A stretch of 63,847 bases of DNA, filler included, from Reclinomonas americana ATCC 50394 (GCA_048213135.1; 8 parts of 5 records of this genome joined end to end with filler, not necessarily neighbours in it), one strand, 5' to 3'. Positions 1-13,344 are shown, counted from the first letter of the whole stretch. Made by a program: numbers and translations. Notes: generated by a model from the sequence alone, not told the origin.

Positions 1-714
1 GGCGCCGGTCCTCACAATATCTGCCGGCGTAGTGGAAGTGTGGGCGAGCTAGACAATGGAACCTACATGGCCGAGGTGAACACCACCGAGGATCCCGAGG
101 AGCTGGCCGCCGACGAGGCTGCGGCTGCATTTTGTTGCGCAATGGCAGTTTCCGCTCATATATTCAAGCGAGAGAGACACTGACCTCAATTGTGATGCAG
201 TGGCTGCCGCCAAGGGCGAACTCCAGAAACCGCTAATGCCAGTTCCAGAGGGTGCACCGGAGGCCGGTGAGGGAGCCGGTGCCGGCGGCAGTGGACGTCG
301 ACGCACGGCCATGGTGGCCGGTCTCGCCGACAGTCTGGCCGCCTTCCAGGTCATGCGCGGGCACACCACCTCCTCTGTGTCGTCGCCAGTCACCCCACGC
401 GAGCGGCACCTGTCGGACGACATGTCGCCACCGTCACGCACCGCAGTCGACGACATGAGCAATGGTACATGACCGAGTTTTCTCTATTCAGTTGCTTCAC
501 TCCACAGTGCTGACCAAGAGACACGCGCAGGCCGGCACCGCTCGTCGGTCACTCTGGCGCCACTCGATATTCGACGCGTGTCGGTCGCCGACAGCGACAG
601 CCAGTCACCAGAGCACCGTGTCGGCACGCCCTCCACACCACAACGGCCGGTGTTGCCTCCGCTGCAGCTGTCGTCGCTGCGCACGGGACCGCCATCGCTG
701 TTGCGCGGTGCCGA
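1..714 (+). CDS. Partial spliced gene, uncharacterised low-complexity protein (both ends missing)
   Basis: Protein-like ORF segments at 200-472 and 578-714 (SDSQSPEHRVGTPSTPQRPVLPPL) separated by short intron-like stretches; runs into an N gap; no recognisable domain. Confidence 0.4.
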
Positions 715-1587
715 NNNNNNNNNNNNNNNNNNNNNNNNNNNNNNNNNNNNNNNNNNNNNNNNNNNNNNNNNNNNNNNNNNNNNNNNNNNNNNNNNNNNNN
801 NNNNNNNNNNNNNNNNNNNNNNNNNNNNNNNNNNNNNNNNNNNNNNNNNNNNNNNNNNNNNNNNNNNNNNNNNNNNNNNNNNNNNNNNNNNNNNNNNNNN
901 NNNNNNNNNNNNNNNNNNNNNNNNNNNNNNNNNNNNNNNNNNNNNNNNNNNNNNNNNNNNNNNNNNNNNNNNNNNNNNNNNNNNNNNNNNNNNNNNNNNN
1001 NNNNNNNNNNNNNNNNNNNNNNNNNNNNNNNNNNNNNNNNNNNNNNNNNNNNNNNNNNNNNNNNNNNNNNNNNNNNNNNNNNNNNNNNNNNNNNNNNNNN
1101 NNNNNNNNNNNNNNNNNNNNNNNNNNNNNNNNNNNNNNNNNNNNNNNNNNNNNNNNNNNNNNNNNNNNNNNNNNNNNNNNNNNNNNNNNNNNNNNNNNNN
1201 NNNNNNNNNNNNNNNNNNNNNNNNNNNNNNNNNNNNNNNNNNNNNNNNNNNNNNNNNNNNNNNNNNNNNNNNNNNNNNNNNNNNNNNNNNNNNNNNNNNN
1301 NNNNNNNNNNNNNNNNNNNNNNNNNNNNNNNNNNNNNNNNNNNNNNNNNNNNNNNNNNNNNNNNNNNNNNNNNNNNNNNNNNNNNNNNNNNNNNNNNNNN
1401 NNNNNNNNNNNNNNNNNNNNNNNNNNNNNNNNNNNNNNNNNNNNNNNNNNNNNNNNNNNNNNNNNNNNNNNNNNNNNNNNNNNNNNNNNNNNNNNNNNNN
1501 NNNNNNNNNNNNNNNNNNNNNNNNNNNNNNNNNNNNNNNNNNNNNNNNNNNNNNNNNNNNNNNNNNNNNNNNNNNNNNNNNNNNNNN

Positions 1588-3402
1588 TGGGAGAGGGATT
1601 AAAAAACGACGCAACGTTCCACCAAAGAGCGTCATGCGCGGATGGCGGCCGGTGAGTTCCATCGAAAACACGCAAATGTGACGGGCACGAGGCGGAATCT
1701 TGCGCGCGTCCACGACTTTCCATGCTCCCGAGTCAATGTCGCCCGGACGCAAGTGATCCATCTCGGCCTGCACGGCAGCCACATGCCAGCAATCATTCAT
1801 CGCCAGCTCGGTCTGGTTGGTGCCACCAAACACCACCAAGTGGCGTCCGTACGCCGTCAGGCTCATGTCGGCGCGTGGAGAGATCTGCAGCTGCTTGCCG
1901 AGCGACGTGAATGTGTTGTGATCCGTGTCAAAGACAAACAGCTCGTTGCTGAAGCCCGGCGGGTCGGTGTAGCCTCCAAACAAAAAGATGCGTCTGCCCA
2001 CGGTGGCCATGCTGTGCCGACATCGTGGAGTGGGCACCTGTCCTTTCGGCTCAATGACCTCCTCCGTGTTGTTGCGCATGTCGAAGCGCACCAGCTGATT
2101 CGTGCAGTGCACCGCTCCCAGATCCGTCATTACGTTGCCACCGAAAATGTACACCATGTGGCCCTGCGTGAGTGGTGAGCACAAAGCAACAAAAAGGCAC
2201 GCGAGGTGTCAGAGAGATTAGCGAGCACGCACCACCCGCGCACACGCGGCCGAGTAGCGCCCACGCCAGCCCCACGGCATCACCGCTCGTTCCCACGACC
2301 GCGAGTACAGTCGAAGCGACCACACCTCGTTGAGAACCCGACCGGAGGCATCCAGGCCACCATACACAAACACCTCCGATCCCGACGAGAACGACAAGTG
2401 ATCCGTTCGCGCCGCCGGCTGCCCCGACGACGGCTGCCGACTGGACACCTGCGAAATCGACAGCACCTGTGTCAGCCATCATCGAGTCACACACGACAAC
2501 ACGCACGAGTTGATGCCACACCTGCATATTCTTCCACTGCGACCACGTGGCCTTGATCGTGTCATACGACCACACATCGTCGCAGATACCACCACGCGAG
2601 AAGCCTCCAATGACCAGCACATCCGTGTCAACAACCACCTGCGACGACCACACAGTCAGAAGGAGAAAACAATTGAGAAACCACCAGTGCTGTTTGCTCG
2701 CTCACCGCCGTATGGCCCTTGCGACCACTCGGACCCGTCACAGCCGCCGACGGGCTCGGAGGAGGCGACGAAGACGACGATTTCAAGGCGGAGACAGGAG
2801 TGGAGGCAGCTGAGGCCGCCGCCACTGCCGCGTCCTTTCTCGCCAGCACCGCACGCAGCGAATTCGTAGGCACCACTGGCGCCACCACTTCGTCGGGCAC
2901 CGGTGCTGCCACCGCCCAAACCAGAGCCCTATGCACACCAAACCGTGAGGAAAAGCGGAGGATCCATTGCTGCGTGACTGACTACTGCGCGACGCACGTT
3001 GATCGACAGTCCTTGCGTGCGAGGAAGCGATGGATACGACGCGCGTGATGGTTGGACGAGGAGGCAGGCACAGGCACAGGCACAGGCACTGCTGTCTTGT
3101 CGTCACTGATTGCGTGCTGATGTTGTTGTTGGTGTGGTTGTTTTCCGCGAGAGGCGAGTGCGTCGCGGAAAAGCGACTCGGCGTCGTCCATGATGGCGCG
3201 CTGGTCGGGAGACACGTCCACTCCACACTCCCACTCCTCTGTGGTCACTCGTGAGTGAGTGAGCAAGAGAGAGAGAGTCGATATTTCTCGCACGCGAACA
3301 CACACACACACCATCGGGAATGTCGTCGCCGTCACCCGACGGCTTGACACCATAGAAAATGCGTGTGCGGCCGCCTCGAGTGAGGACCAAAGGTGTGCTC
3401 AT
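1588..3402 (-). CDS. Kelch-repeat beta-propeller protein (spliced; 3' end in gap, start uncertain)
   Basis: Repeated Kelch motifs VLVIGG..DVWSYD...W, VFVYGG..NEVWSL...W, VYIFGG, PRCRHS..IFLFGG..ELFVFD, PRADMS..LVVFGG..NDCW. Confidence 0.85.
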
Positions 3403-3517
3403 CCCCCGCGCTCTCTTCTTCTTCTGAGTGTGTATTTGTTCGGAATCTTTTATGGATCCTTGGATTCAGCCTGNNNNNNNNNNNNNNNNNNNNNNNNNNN
3501 NNNNNNNNNNNNNNNNN

Positions 3518-3529
3518 TTAATTAATTAA
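3518..3529. other. Artificial contig-join linker TTAATTAATTAA inside N runs (also at ~12310, 31559, 40713, 47948, 52541, 60955)
   Basis: Identical 12-mer with stop codons in all six frames, always flanked by about 44 N on each side; genes (kinase, PP2A B55, cyclase) continue across it. Confidence 0.95.
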
Positions 3530-3573
3530 NNNNNNNNNNNNNNNNNNNNNNNNNNNNNNNNNNNNNNNNNNNN

Positions 3574-6139
3574 ATTTGACATGTCGCTGGCCGACGACAA
3601 GAAGCGACGTCGGCCGCCCGAGTACGATCGCCGTCCACTCCGAGCAGTTGTGGCGGTGGCGGTGTCGGCGCCGGTGCTGGCGGCGCCATTCGCGTTGTCC
3701 TCGGTTTCCACGGGATATGACAACTCGCGGTGTCTGTCGCGCTGACGATGAGAAACGAAACGCGATAAATGTACACACACGAACATAAAAGACGCAACAC
3801 TGGCGAGAACTGCGAGTCCGTATCGTCGTCGTCCGTGGTCTCGTCGCCGAGCTCTGACAAGTCGTGCACCGACGGGAACTGGCCCCACGAGCTATGAATC
3901 TTCATGCGACGGCGGGCGTCGGGCGACATACATTGCAGCGCCCTGCGCAGACAGTCGTGCAGTGTCCGCTCGATCGCAAATTGTGTTTCCAGATACGAAA
4001 ACTCTGCTCCCGCACCACTCAGCAAGCCACGAAAAGATCAAAAGGGGACACGCTTGAAAGTGAGAACGCAACTTGGCCAGGTGTTGCGCTGGCCCACCAT
4101 GATGTTGCGTCGAATGTCCTCGACAGTGGGGTTGGAGAGGATGTTCAAGTAGTCGCGCAGCATCATCTTGGGCACAATCGTGCAGTCGCCCTCGTACTTT
4201 TGCGTGATGAGCGGCTGCAGCCATGAAAACACCGACGGCATGAGGTTGTACTCGAACAGCTGCGCAGTACAAAGTCAGTGCCCGCAGAATACACACTCGC
4301 GGATGTGTGCATGCAGTGCGAAGAACCTGCAACAGTCGATGTCTGATCTCGCTGAGCGCCCAGTGTTGCACGCGACCCAAGAACGTGCGTCGTTTTGGCG
4401 TGTGCATGGCCGACGACGACAGGAACGGAATCACGTGCGGGTTGACTTGCGAGACGACAAAATGCTACACACGGTCATTGTCAGCAGCTAGTGTAGTGTG
4501 CTTGTGTGCTTGCGCACGCCTTACGCAACGTTGACATTGAACAGCTCACTGAGACGGGCCATGGGCAGGTCGGCCTCCACGGAACCGTCGGCCCAGTGCA
4601 CCTCTGCGATGCGCAGTGAGTCGCGAAATAATAAGAGCTGTGTGCGCGCGAACCAAAACAAACAAACCAAGAGAGTGGTGCGGCACGATTTGGCCCTCCT
4701 CGTCCTTGGCGTACAGTGACACGGGTGCAAACACGCCCGGAATGGCGCAGCTGGCCGAGGCGGCACTCCATACCAACACATTGGGTGCGGTGAGATAATT
4801 CAGCAAGCACGGCATTGAGTGCTTCGAGGTCGGCGACACGGTGATGTTGAGCACACGCCCTGAACGCTCGTACGCCTCACGGAAGGTGTAGTCGCCCACA
4901 TTGGCACGAATGCACTCGGTGAGTTTGTTGACGTCCATGAGCACACCCTGCGACGACGGTCAGGAGAGGGAACGCCTTGAGAAGATGGGAAAGGTAAACA
5001 CCTGCGAAAGCAAGCGGTGAAGACGCCGGCGAAACGAGCCGGGCTCCAGTCGGCGGAACACGTCCAGCTTCAGCTTGTCGGGCACAAACAAGTCGCCGAT
5101 CTCACGATCGGATTTCGTGCAAAACAGCGACGCCACAATGGCACCAGCACTCGAGCCACTCCACACTCGCGGCAGCAGTGCGGCCTCGTACAACGCCTTG
5201 ACCACTCCCTGCACAACACATCAGACGCCCTTCTGTGTTCCGCACACACTGGCCACACGCGTACCAAATGATACATGCCAAACGACGATCCACCCGACAA
5301 CAACAACGCCGTGCACCCGTACGCATGCGCTGTCTCCCGGAAGAAGGCGATCTTCTGGTGGTGCGTGAACGTCGACCCGAAATCGCTGACCAGGATCATC
5401 TCCAACGCCGAGCACACCTGCCACCACACGTGTCACACACTCTCAATCGTCGCCGCCGGAGTTGACCTGTTTGAACAGACCTCGCGAACATACTGCTCAA
5501 TGAGCTGCTTGGAGCCCACCAGTGCCTTCTCGTGCAACTCGGCACGCCCAATGCCCGCCAGTCCACGAATGAGGCCTGCGCACACCAGTCTGTCACGAGG
5601 AGCAAACAGAGAGAGAAGAGCACAGTCTGCTCACCTGCGCGAAGCTCCCACACCAGTGCCTTTACGTTGCGCATCTTGCGGAGGTGTTGTAATCGCTGGA
5701 GAGTGTGCTTGATCAGGTTGAAGTCGTACTTGTCGGAGTCGGCGCGCAGCTTCCAGTACGTGTGGCCTGATGAGCACTTCTGAGTGAGTTGCGTGGTGTG
5801 CTGTGCTCTGTGTGTGTGTGTGTGTGACTTGCCATTCGCGTCATCCAACTGCACAGCAATCGCCTTCCACTCTTCGTAGGTGGCGGCATCCTTCAGTTTG
5901 CTCTGCAACTCGGCGCGTGTGTCGCGAAACAGTCGCCATTCGCCATAGAAGAACTGAATGAGAGAGTGTGAGTGTGAGAGAGACGGTGTGTGTGTGTGTG
6001 TGTGACACAACGCAACAGCAAAGAAGCCAAAGACACTGCGAATGATGCGCATGAGCAAGGCGAGTAGGCCGTGCCATAGAACGACTGGAACATGAAGGAC
6101 GCGTGTGGCCACTGCGCGGGTGCTGCTTGCCACAGACAT
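3574..6139 (-). CDS. Patatin-domain triacylglycerol lipase, SDP1/TGL4-like (about 11 introns; 3' end in gap)
   Basis: ATYEEW..A..LD N-terminal domain, ALLLSGG oxyanion loop, GSSAG nucleophile, TFREAYERSGRVLNITV, LLNYLTAPNVLVWSA..ASCAIPG, WADGSVEADLP, ELFNVN|HFVVSQVNPH. Confidence 0.93.
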
Positions 6140-6176
6140 GGCCAGTCACCGCTCTCCTTAGAAGAAGCCGGAGTTG

Positions 6177-9100
6177 TTATGTGTTTATTACGTAGTTGTC
6201 TTCGTCTTCGTCGTCCTGCATCCATGTTCCAAGGACTTCGCGAAGCGGCCGCGGTGCACGACGACGCTTGGAGCGTGAACATGGTCGGAGCGACGGTATC
6301 GATGATGGTGCCTTTGGTGGAGCAGGCGGTGGCGGAGGAGGTGGTGGTGGAGGTGGAGGTGGAGGTGGAGGCGGAGGCGGAGGCGGAGGCGGAGGTGGCA
6401 GCGGAGGCAGTGAAACTNNNNNNNNNNNNNNNNNNNNNNNNNNNNNNNNNNNNNNNNNNNNNNNNNNNNNNNNNNNNNNNNNNNNNNNNNNNNNNNNNNN
6501 NNNNNNNNNNNNNNNNNNNNNNNNNNNNNNNNNNNNNNNNNNNNNNNNNNNNNNNNNNNNNNNNNNNNNNNNNNNNNNNNNNNNNNNNNNNNNNNNNNNN
6601 NNNNNNNNNNNNNNNNNNNNNNNNNNNNNNNNNNNNNNNNNNNNNNNNNNNNNNNNNNNNNNNNNNNNNNNNNNNNNNNNNNNNNNNNNNNNNNNNNNNN
6701 NNNNNNNNNNNNNNNNNNNNNNNNNNNNNNNNNNNNNNNNNNNNNNNNNNNNNNNNNNNNNNNNNNNNNNNNNNNNNNNNNNNNNNNNNNNNNNNNNNNN
6801 NNNNNNNNNNNNNNNNNNNNNNNNNNNNNNNNNNNNNNNNNNNNNNNNNNNNNNNNNNNNNNNNNNNNNNNNNNNNNNNNNNNNNNNNNNNNNNNNNNNN
6901 NNNNNNNNNNNNNNNNNNNNNNNNNNNNNNNNNNNNNNNNNNNNNNNNNNNNNNNNNNNNNNNNNNNNNNNNNNNNNNNNNNNNNNNNNNNNNNNNNNNN
7001 NNNNNNNNNNNNNNNNNNNNNNNNNNNNNNNNNNNNNNNNNNNNNNNNNNNNNNNNNNNNNNNNNNNNNNNNNNNNNNNNNNNNNNNNNNNNNNNNNNGG
7101 TGAACCGATGGAAGACTGGCTTTCGCCGACCAAGGCGCTCCCCGTCCCCCGCGTGCCCACACCACCACCACCACCGCCGCCACCACCACCACCGCCACCA
7201 CTGCAGCTGGTTGCTGTCGCGGAAGAGGAGGATGCCGACATGTCGTTCGACTTGTTTTCGTCGTCGAGTGGCCAGCACGAGGCTGTCGACTCGCGTTCGT
7301 CGTCCCCGTCCGAGGCATGCATGGTGGTGCCCGACTCGCAGGCGGAAGACGACGCTCTGCCACCAAGATTACTGTCGCCATCGCCATCATCGCTGTCGGC
7401 GCTCTCGACACCGCCNNNNNNNNNNNNNNNNNNNNGGCGGAGTGCAGCACAAGAACAGGAGCGCCGACCGTTTCCAGAAGCGACGTAGAAGCAGCTTCTT
7501 CGACGACAGCGGTGCTCTCCTGTTTGTGCGCAAGAGCAAACGAACGCAGTCGACCTGCACAGACACACTTCCGTGAGCACCGCAAACAAGACTACGGGAG
7601 CAAAGAAAAATATGTGTTGACGCACTGCCGAATGGCGCCACCGGCAGCTTCTCTGTTGACTCGCCGGCTGCACTGGCACGAAACACCAGCGGATCGTACT
7701 CCACGACATCGCTGCTCGAACTCTCTGAGCCCTCGCTGTCCACTAGAGGCGCTGCCGCGCTATCGGCAATGTCCTTTCTCGGTCGCTTCCGCCGCCGACG
7801 CGCCGTGTCGGATGCAGTTCGTGGTCTCTTGCGCTGCGCTGGTAATTGTGCCGCGTCCGCATGCACAGCAGGTTCATCGTCCAGCACTTCCACAGATGGC
7901 GCTCTTTTGCTGGCAGCTCGCAGATGCTCGACATGTCGCAGACGCCGCATCTCGGAGCGAGCCAGTGGCAACAACACAATCGGCATAAAGTCTGCCCATC
8001 GACACACATTTTTTTCAGCAACAAACCAACTCTCTGTCCAAGCCGGAGATGCAAGGCACACTCAACTTGGTCGCAGCACAATCACACGCGATTTGCTTGT
8101 CACCGTCGTTGCAGGTGGCGACAGTGGCCGAGCTGCAACTGTGCCTGCCTTGGACGGGAAGAGTGGAGCACTCAGTAGGTCGGGTGACGGCATCGGCGTT
8201 GGCGACGCAGTACCGCTACTGCTGCTCACGACCGGTGGCGGAACGGAGGGACACTTGGAGCCGGAATCCGCCGTCGGTGTTCTGTTCTGCGTGGCAATGT
8301 CCAGCGAATCGAGCGGGTCGAACGTTGGCGTGGACAATGAGCAAAGCGCGCCCAGTGGGAGACGCCATTCCTGCTGCTGAGGTGGTGGTGGTTGTTGCGG
8401 TTGTGGTGGTGGTGGCGATGGTTGCGATTGTGCAACATCGTCCGGCTGCACGTCCTCGTCAGAACGAGCAGGCATAGAATGCACATGCACGTATGTAAAA
8501 CGCACCGCCACCAGCACACTGTCGTCGGAGTGGAGAGTGACCTCGGTGGGGGAGTGCGGCGCAGCGCTACCAAGCAAGCGCACTCGTGAGTGGCGACAAG
8601 TTACTGCATATAAACGGGAGTGTCGCCATGAAGAACTACGCAACGCAGTGAGGGGGGTAGATGCAGGCCACTGTGTAAATGTATGTGGTTGAGTGATGAT
8701 CCATGGAACACGTGAAGGAGGGGGCATCACGCAACCGACGAGTCAAAACGAAGGGTGTGCGGAATCGGTCGTAAGCCACGCACAGCTATCTCCACTGGCG
8801 GCGGCACCAATGGCGTGAGTGGTAGCTCTCGCTGCTGCTGTGCAGAAGCGGCCATTGCAGCAACGTCGGCCTGCCTCTGCGCACAAGCAATCGAATCGCT
8901 GCGCGCACACATACACACAGTGAGTCTGCACCCAAGAGAACTGCATGTGGGCGATTCACGCACCTGCTGGCAGAGGAGCCGGAGGCTGCGAGGGGACTTC
9001 GCAGTTCGCCACTCAGCTCGAGTTGACTGGACACCTTGGAGGAGGGTGATGATCCGGCCACAGAGATTACACGTATCTGTGTACCACTGCTGGGTGTCGA

Positions 9101-10780
9101 CCGAGTAGATGTTTCTTCACTGCTGCGTGACGGACTCTGCGAAAGCTGTCGCCAACACATTCACAGATGATCCTCAAAACAGCATGGCATCGCCTGCGTC
9201 ACTCACCGGCGCAGCTACGACTCGAGCGGCAAGTGATTCGTGCGTCGGCGGTGTTCGTGGCGCAGGTCCAGGAGGGGGAGGTGCCAACATTTGCGTCAAG
9301 CGCTCCTTGGCATGCAGCGAAACCAACCGGTGTTCTGTCACTGGTCCATCCACTTGCATCGCTTCACCGCCCCCGCCGCCTTCCTTTTCATCGTCTTCCC
9401 CATCGCCATTGCTGCTCTCGCTCTCGTCACCACTGCATGGCCTCGCAATCAGGGGAGGATACTCGGACGAGGTGCACCCAGCATTCATCCGAACCTGGAA
9501 AAGGCAACCTCCGACTGTTGCAAGCCCTCGAGACCGAGCGACGTGGCTGTGGTGGTGGCCTCCAGATCTCCCAACGTCGGTTTCCTTGGAGGCGGTGGTG
9601 GTGGCGGTGGTGGCGGTGGCGTTGGTTGCTGTGATGCAGGCGGTGATGATGGTGGACGCGATGCGGCAGGCGATGGCGAAAAAGCTGGCGCCGGCGAGGG
9701 CGATACCGGCTGCACCTGTGCGTGGTGTTGACCGGCGAACATGAGTACTCATGTCATGCAATAACAGTGAACATATTTCGTCACACACCTGCTTCAGTCT
9801 CACAACTTCCTCCTCATCCTCGCTGTCGCTGAAACCGGAGATCTCGGCCAGCACCGCCTCCTGCGACAAGGAGATTATGGTCTCCCGAATTGAGTGTGGC
9901 CATGGCTGTGAAGTGACAGCACAGCTCGTCAGTCAGTCCCCACTTGAGTGTGTATGTGCGCATGACAAGGCCACTCACTCGCGAATCAACACCAGGAGCC
10001 TCGATGCCTGATCGCACCGCTCCGCTCCGAGTGGCCACCTGCAGCTTCTGCAACGCTCGCTGCACCTCTCCGTCTCTCTCCACGGGCGCCAACGCATGCA
10101 CGTCCACCTCCATGTGTCGCCCCACCGGCTTCACCGACTCTACCACCAACACAAAGTGTGCAACCTCCGTGTCGTGCTTCACGCGCAGCGTGATGTTGGC
10201 CAGACCCTGAACAGTCTCGACTGCGCGACTGTAGACCCTGTGTGCAAGCGAGAGAGTGAGGCAACACTGACGACGTGTGTGTGTGGAGCCATCGCAGCGT
10301 GCCACACTCACCGAGTGTGCGCCTCACGTGCAGCCTGCGTCACCAGTCCCTTAATGTAGTACTTGTCATCGCAAACCGTAAGCACATTCTCGGTGGATGT
10401 CTGTACCAATGCACGAGTCAGTCAACACGGTGTTCTCACACATGTACAGTGGAGCGACTGAGTGAGAGGAGAGAGCGACGCCGCACAAACACACGCACGC
10501 ACCGGTCCAAGATACACCATCCTTGTCATCCCTGCGCAGAGTGCGTTGTGTCAACGAGTGTGTGCAGTGATACACAAAACACATGCCCACGCACACACGC
10601 ACACGCACCAGAGACAGCACGAGACGCCGCGTGACCATTGGCCAGCGCACTCGGAGGATCAATGTCTTCGCTCTTCTCCACATCCTGCGTGAGCGCAGCG
10701 GCCTGTTCGCTCAGCGACTTGATCTCGTCGGCTGCGTACTGCAGAACAAGGTCGCGCAGGCTGCACACGGCATGCAGCAT
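6177..10780 (-). CDS. TPP1/Est3-like OB-fold protein with a long Ser/Pro-rich tail (spliced; may be more than one gene across the gaps)
   Basis: Exons 10609-10780, 10503-10531, 10312-10400 and 9979-10237 splice in frame to give LRDLVLQ...VLTVCDDKYYIKGLVTQAAREA...AHFVLVVESVKPVG...DGEVQRALQKL, resembling the TPP1 OB fold; downstream exons are low complexity with poly-Pro, stop at 6177. Confidence 0.55.
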
Positions 10781-10852
10781 CGTGTGCTGCGTGGCGCGCA
10801 CGTGATTGCGGAAAACGCGGGAAACCCCCGATGGACGGAACCGGTCCTGGAT

Positions 10853-10874
10853 CGATACGATACGATACGATACG
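10853..10874. repeat. (CGATA)n pentanucleotide repeat in the divergent intergenic region
   Basis: cgatacgatacgatacgatacg. Confidence 0.8.
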
Positions 10875-11299
10875 GTGCGAGCTGGGAACAAGGCGTTTGT
10901 GTATCTGGCCGGCGACCATGTCACGGGAGTGCAGCTGATTAGCGGATCATAGGGCTGATCTTCCCATGCAGAGCTCGAACATGATCAGTGACGGCATTAT
11001 CGATATCGGCGCCGAAAACCACGGATTGCCGCCCGGCCCGTCCCACGCCTTCCCCGCACGTACCACCGCCACCTGCCTCTCCAGGATGCTGCTGGACAAC
11101 GCAGTTTTTCCCATGCGATCACAAAAACGGAAACGGAATTGATTTCGGTATTTGGCAGGAACCATCGCTCCAGCGCCACTTTCCACGTATTGCGTGGACA
11201 CTGAAAACCCGCCCTTGCATCGCCACCTTTCTCGTATCATTGCATTTGCACAAGTTCACGGAGCAGACCTCGATCCTTTTTTTTTTCCCCCTTCCGCCC

Positions 11300-13344
11300 A
11301 TGTCAGACATCACTTCGCCGACCTCACGCAGCAAGCTGTTGCACCCGGCAGTGACGCGAGTGGCCTCGGCGCACGTATCCTCCATGTCGGTGGCACTCCA
11401 CCCCGCTGTCCGCGTAGCCTCCTGCCCCAACGCTGCTGACGCCATGTCAGCCATGTCGTCGCTCTCTCTTTCAATGACCATCAAGAAGCCGGCGTCTGCC
11501 GCCGCTGCTGCCGCCGTCAAGGTAAATTATACTGTACACCCTGGTTTCTGCGCTGCATTGAATACATATGTACTGATACGCTCTTTGCAACACGCAGCAC
11601 GCGGTTGCATCTGCGACCGGGCGCTTCGCTGGTCACTTTGCCGGCGGTTCGTCAACACCGCCGACCACCACCATCGAGCCACCATCACCCGCACAGTCGA
11701 CACCAATGGCGGCACCGCAGGCGCGCAGCTCTGGCATCGCCTCCTTGTCGCCTGGCACCGACGCCACGTCAGTCACTGCTGGCCGAAGGGGCAGCAGCAG
11801 CGGTCGCTCAGCTGCAGCACAACTCGACCCGACACGATGGGGTGAGTATGTTCGTGTATGCACATGTCCTTGGCACTGATATCGATTACTGACACGGTAC
11901 GCAGAGGAGTGCATCGATGCTGCAGACCCCACCGCCATCTACACCAACATGAACCGTCTGGAGAGTGGGTGAGTGGAGAGGGACAGGCATGAATCACGAG
12001 CGGGCACTGTCACCAAAATCGCTCACCTGCCTCGCAGTGCATTCGGGACTGTGTACAGTGCCGTGGATCGGCGCGACCAGTCGCGAGTGGCCATCAAGGT
12101 GCTCGACATGACAACGCTGCGACAGTACATGAAGCACGTGTCCACCGAAGTGGTCATCATCCGGCAGCTGGCCCCACGGCACGAGAATCTCGTACACGGC
12201 AAGGCCGTGCATCGCCGACGCGGTCGTGATCGCTTCGGCAAGGCCACCGACGAGCTGTGGGTACGNNNNNNNNNNNNNNNNNNNNNNNNNNNNNNNNNNN
12301 NNNNNNNNNTTAATTAATTAANNNNNNNNNNNNNNNNNNNNNNNNNNNNNNNNNNNNNNNNNNNNCCGTGTCTCACCAAAGCTGTGTGGGTGCACCAGAT
12401 TGTGATGGAGTACTGTTCGAGTGGTTCACTGGCCGATGTGATTGACGAGCACGGCGGCCTGAAGGAGAGCCAGATTGCAGCAATTCTCAAACAAGTTGAG
12501 TATCGCATGAGCACCACCCTCTCCATCGCCAGCGACAGCCGTCACTCACATTGCGTACAGCTGCTGGAGGGATTGGTGTTCTTGCACCGGGCCGGCATCG
12601 CCCATCGCGACATCAAAAGTCCAAACGTGATGATCTCAGGCTCCACCCTGAAAATCGGTGAGTCGTGCTCCCTTCCCAATGACAGTGTCAAGTAACCGTA
12701 CCCACTCTTCCTAATCCTACAAAGGCGATTTTGGGTCGTGCGCCATCCTGACCGACGAGAACGACAAGCGCGTGTCGATGAACGGCACCGTCGGCAGCAT
12801 GGCACCCGAAGGTTGTTGCTCCCTCCTGCACCACTGAAAGCCGTCGCATACTCACCGTTTCATGCACTGCAACAGTGCTTCGTGGCGACGCCTACGACGT
12901 CAGCGTCGACATTTTCAGCTTGGGTGTGCTGGCCATTGAATGTGCTGACGGGTGAGAGAGAGCACACACACAAGCATACGTTCCCTCTTTCCTCATTCGT
13001 GTGGTGTTGCAGTGAGACGCCGTGCGCCAGCCTCAACACCAACGAGGTCGTGGACCTGTACTCGGCACAGACGGCCGAACCACCCACTCTCGCCAACCCG
13101 TCACGCTGGACCGACGAGTTTGTCGACTTTGTCGCGTGCTGCACACGCATCAACGCTGCCGAGCGCTGGTCGGCCATTGAGCTGACTCGGCATCCGTTCC
13201 TGACGCGTGTGCGCGGCAACGGCAGCGATTCTACCGGCGGTGAAAAGTTGCGTGGCCTCCACCACCACTCCACAAAACTCCTTCCTGACGCATGACACAC
13301 ACAGTCCGCACCTTGCAGTTCTTCCGGGAACCGAGGCTGTGTAG
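11300..13344 (+). CDS. STE20/PAK-like Ser/Thr protein kinase (about 9 introns)
   Basis: DPTAIY..LESGAFGTVY, VAIK, IVMEYCSSGSLAD, HRDIKSPN, KIG|DFG, GTVGSMAPE|V, DIFSLGVLAIECADG|ETP, EFVDFVACC....ERWSAIELTRHPFL. Confidence 0.92.

Noticed and set aside
4465..4529. Non-canonical TT donors (cleavage at G|TTGCGT) instead of GT
   Set aside because: Cleaving one base later would need a non-AG acceptor and would change conserved residues (NVN-H to NVN-D here); GT-AG boundaries restore the conserved proteins.
9100..9210. In-frame TGA codons suggesting stop-codon reassignment
   Set aside because: One TGA lies inside a normal GTGAGT...CAG intron and the other is out of frame after splicing; TAA, TAG and TGA all terminate genes in this window.
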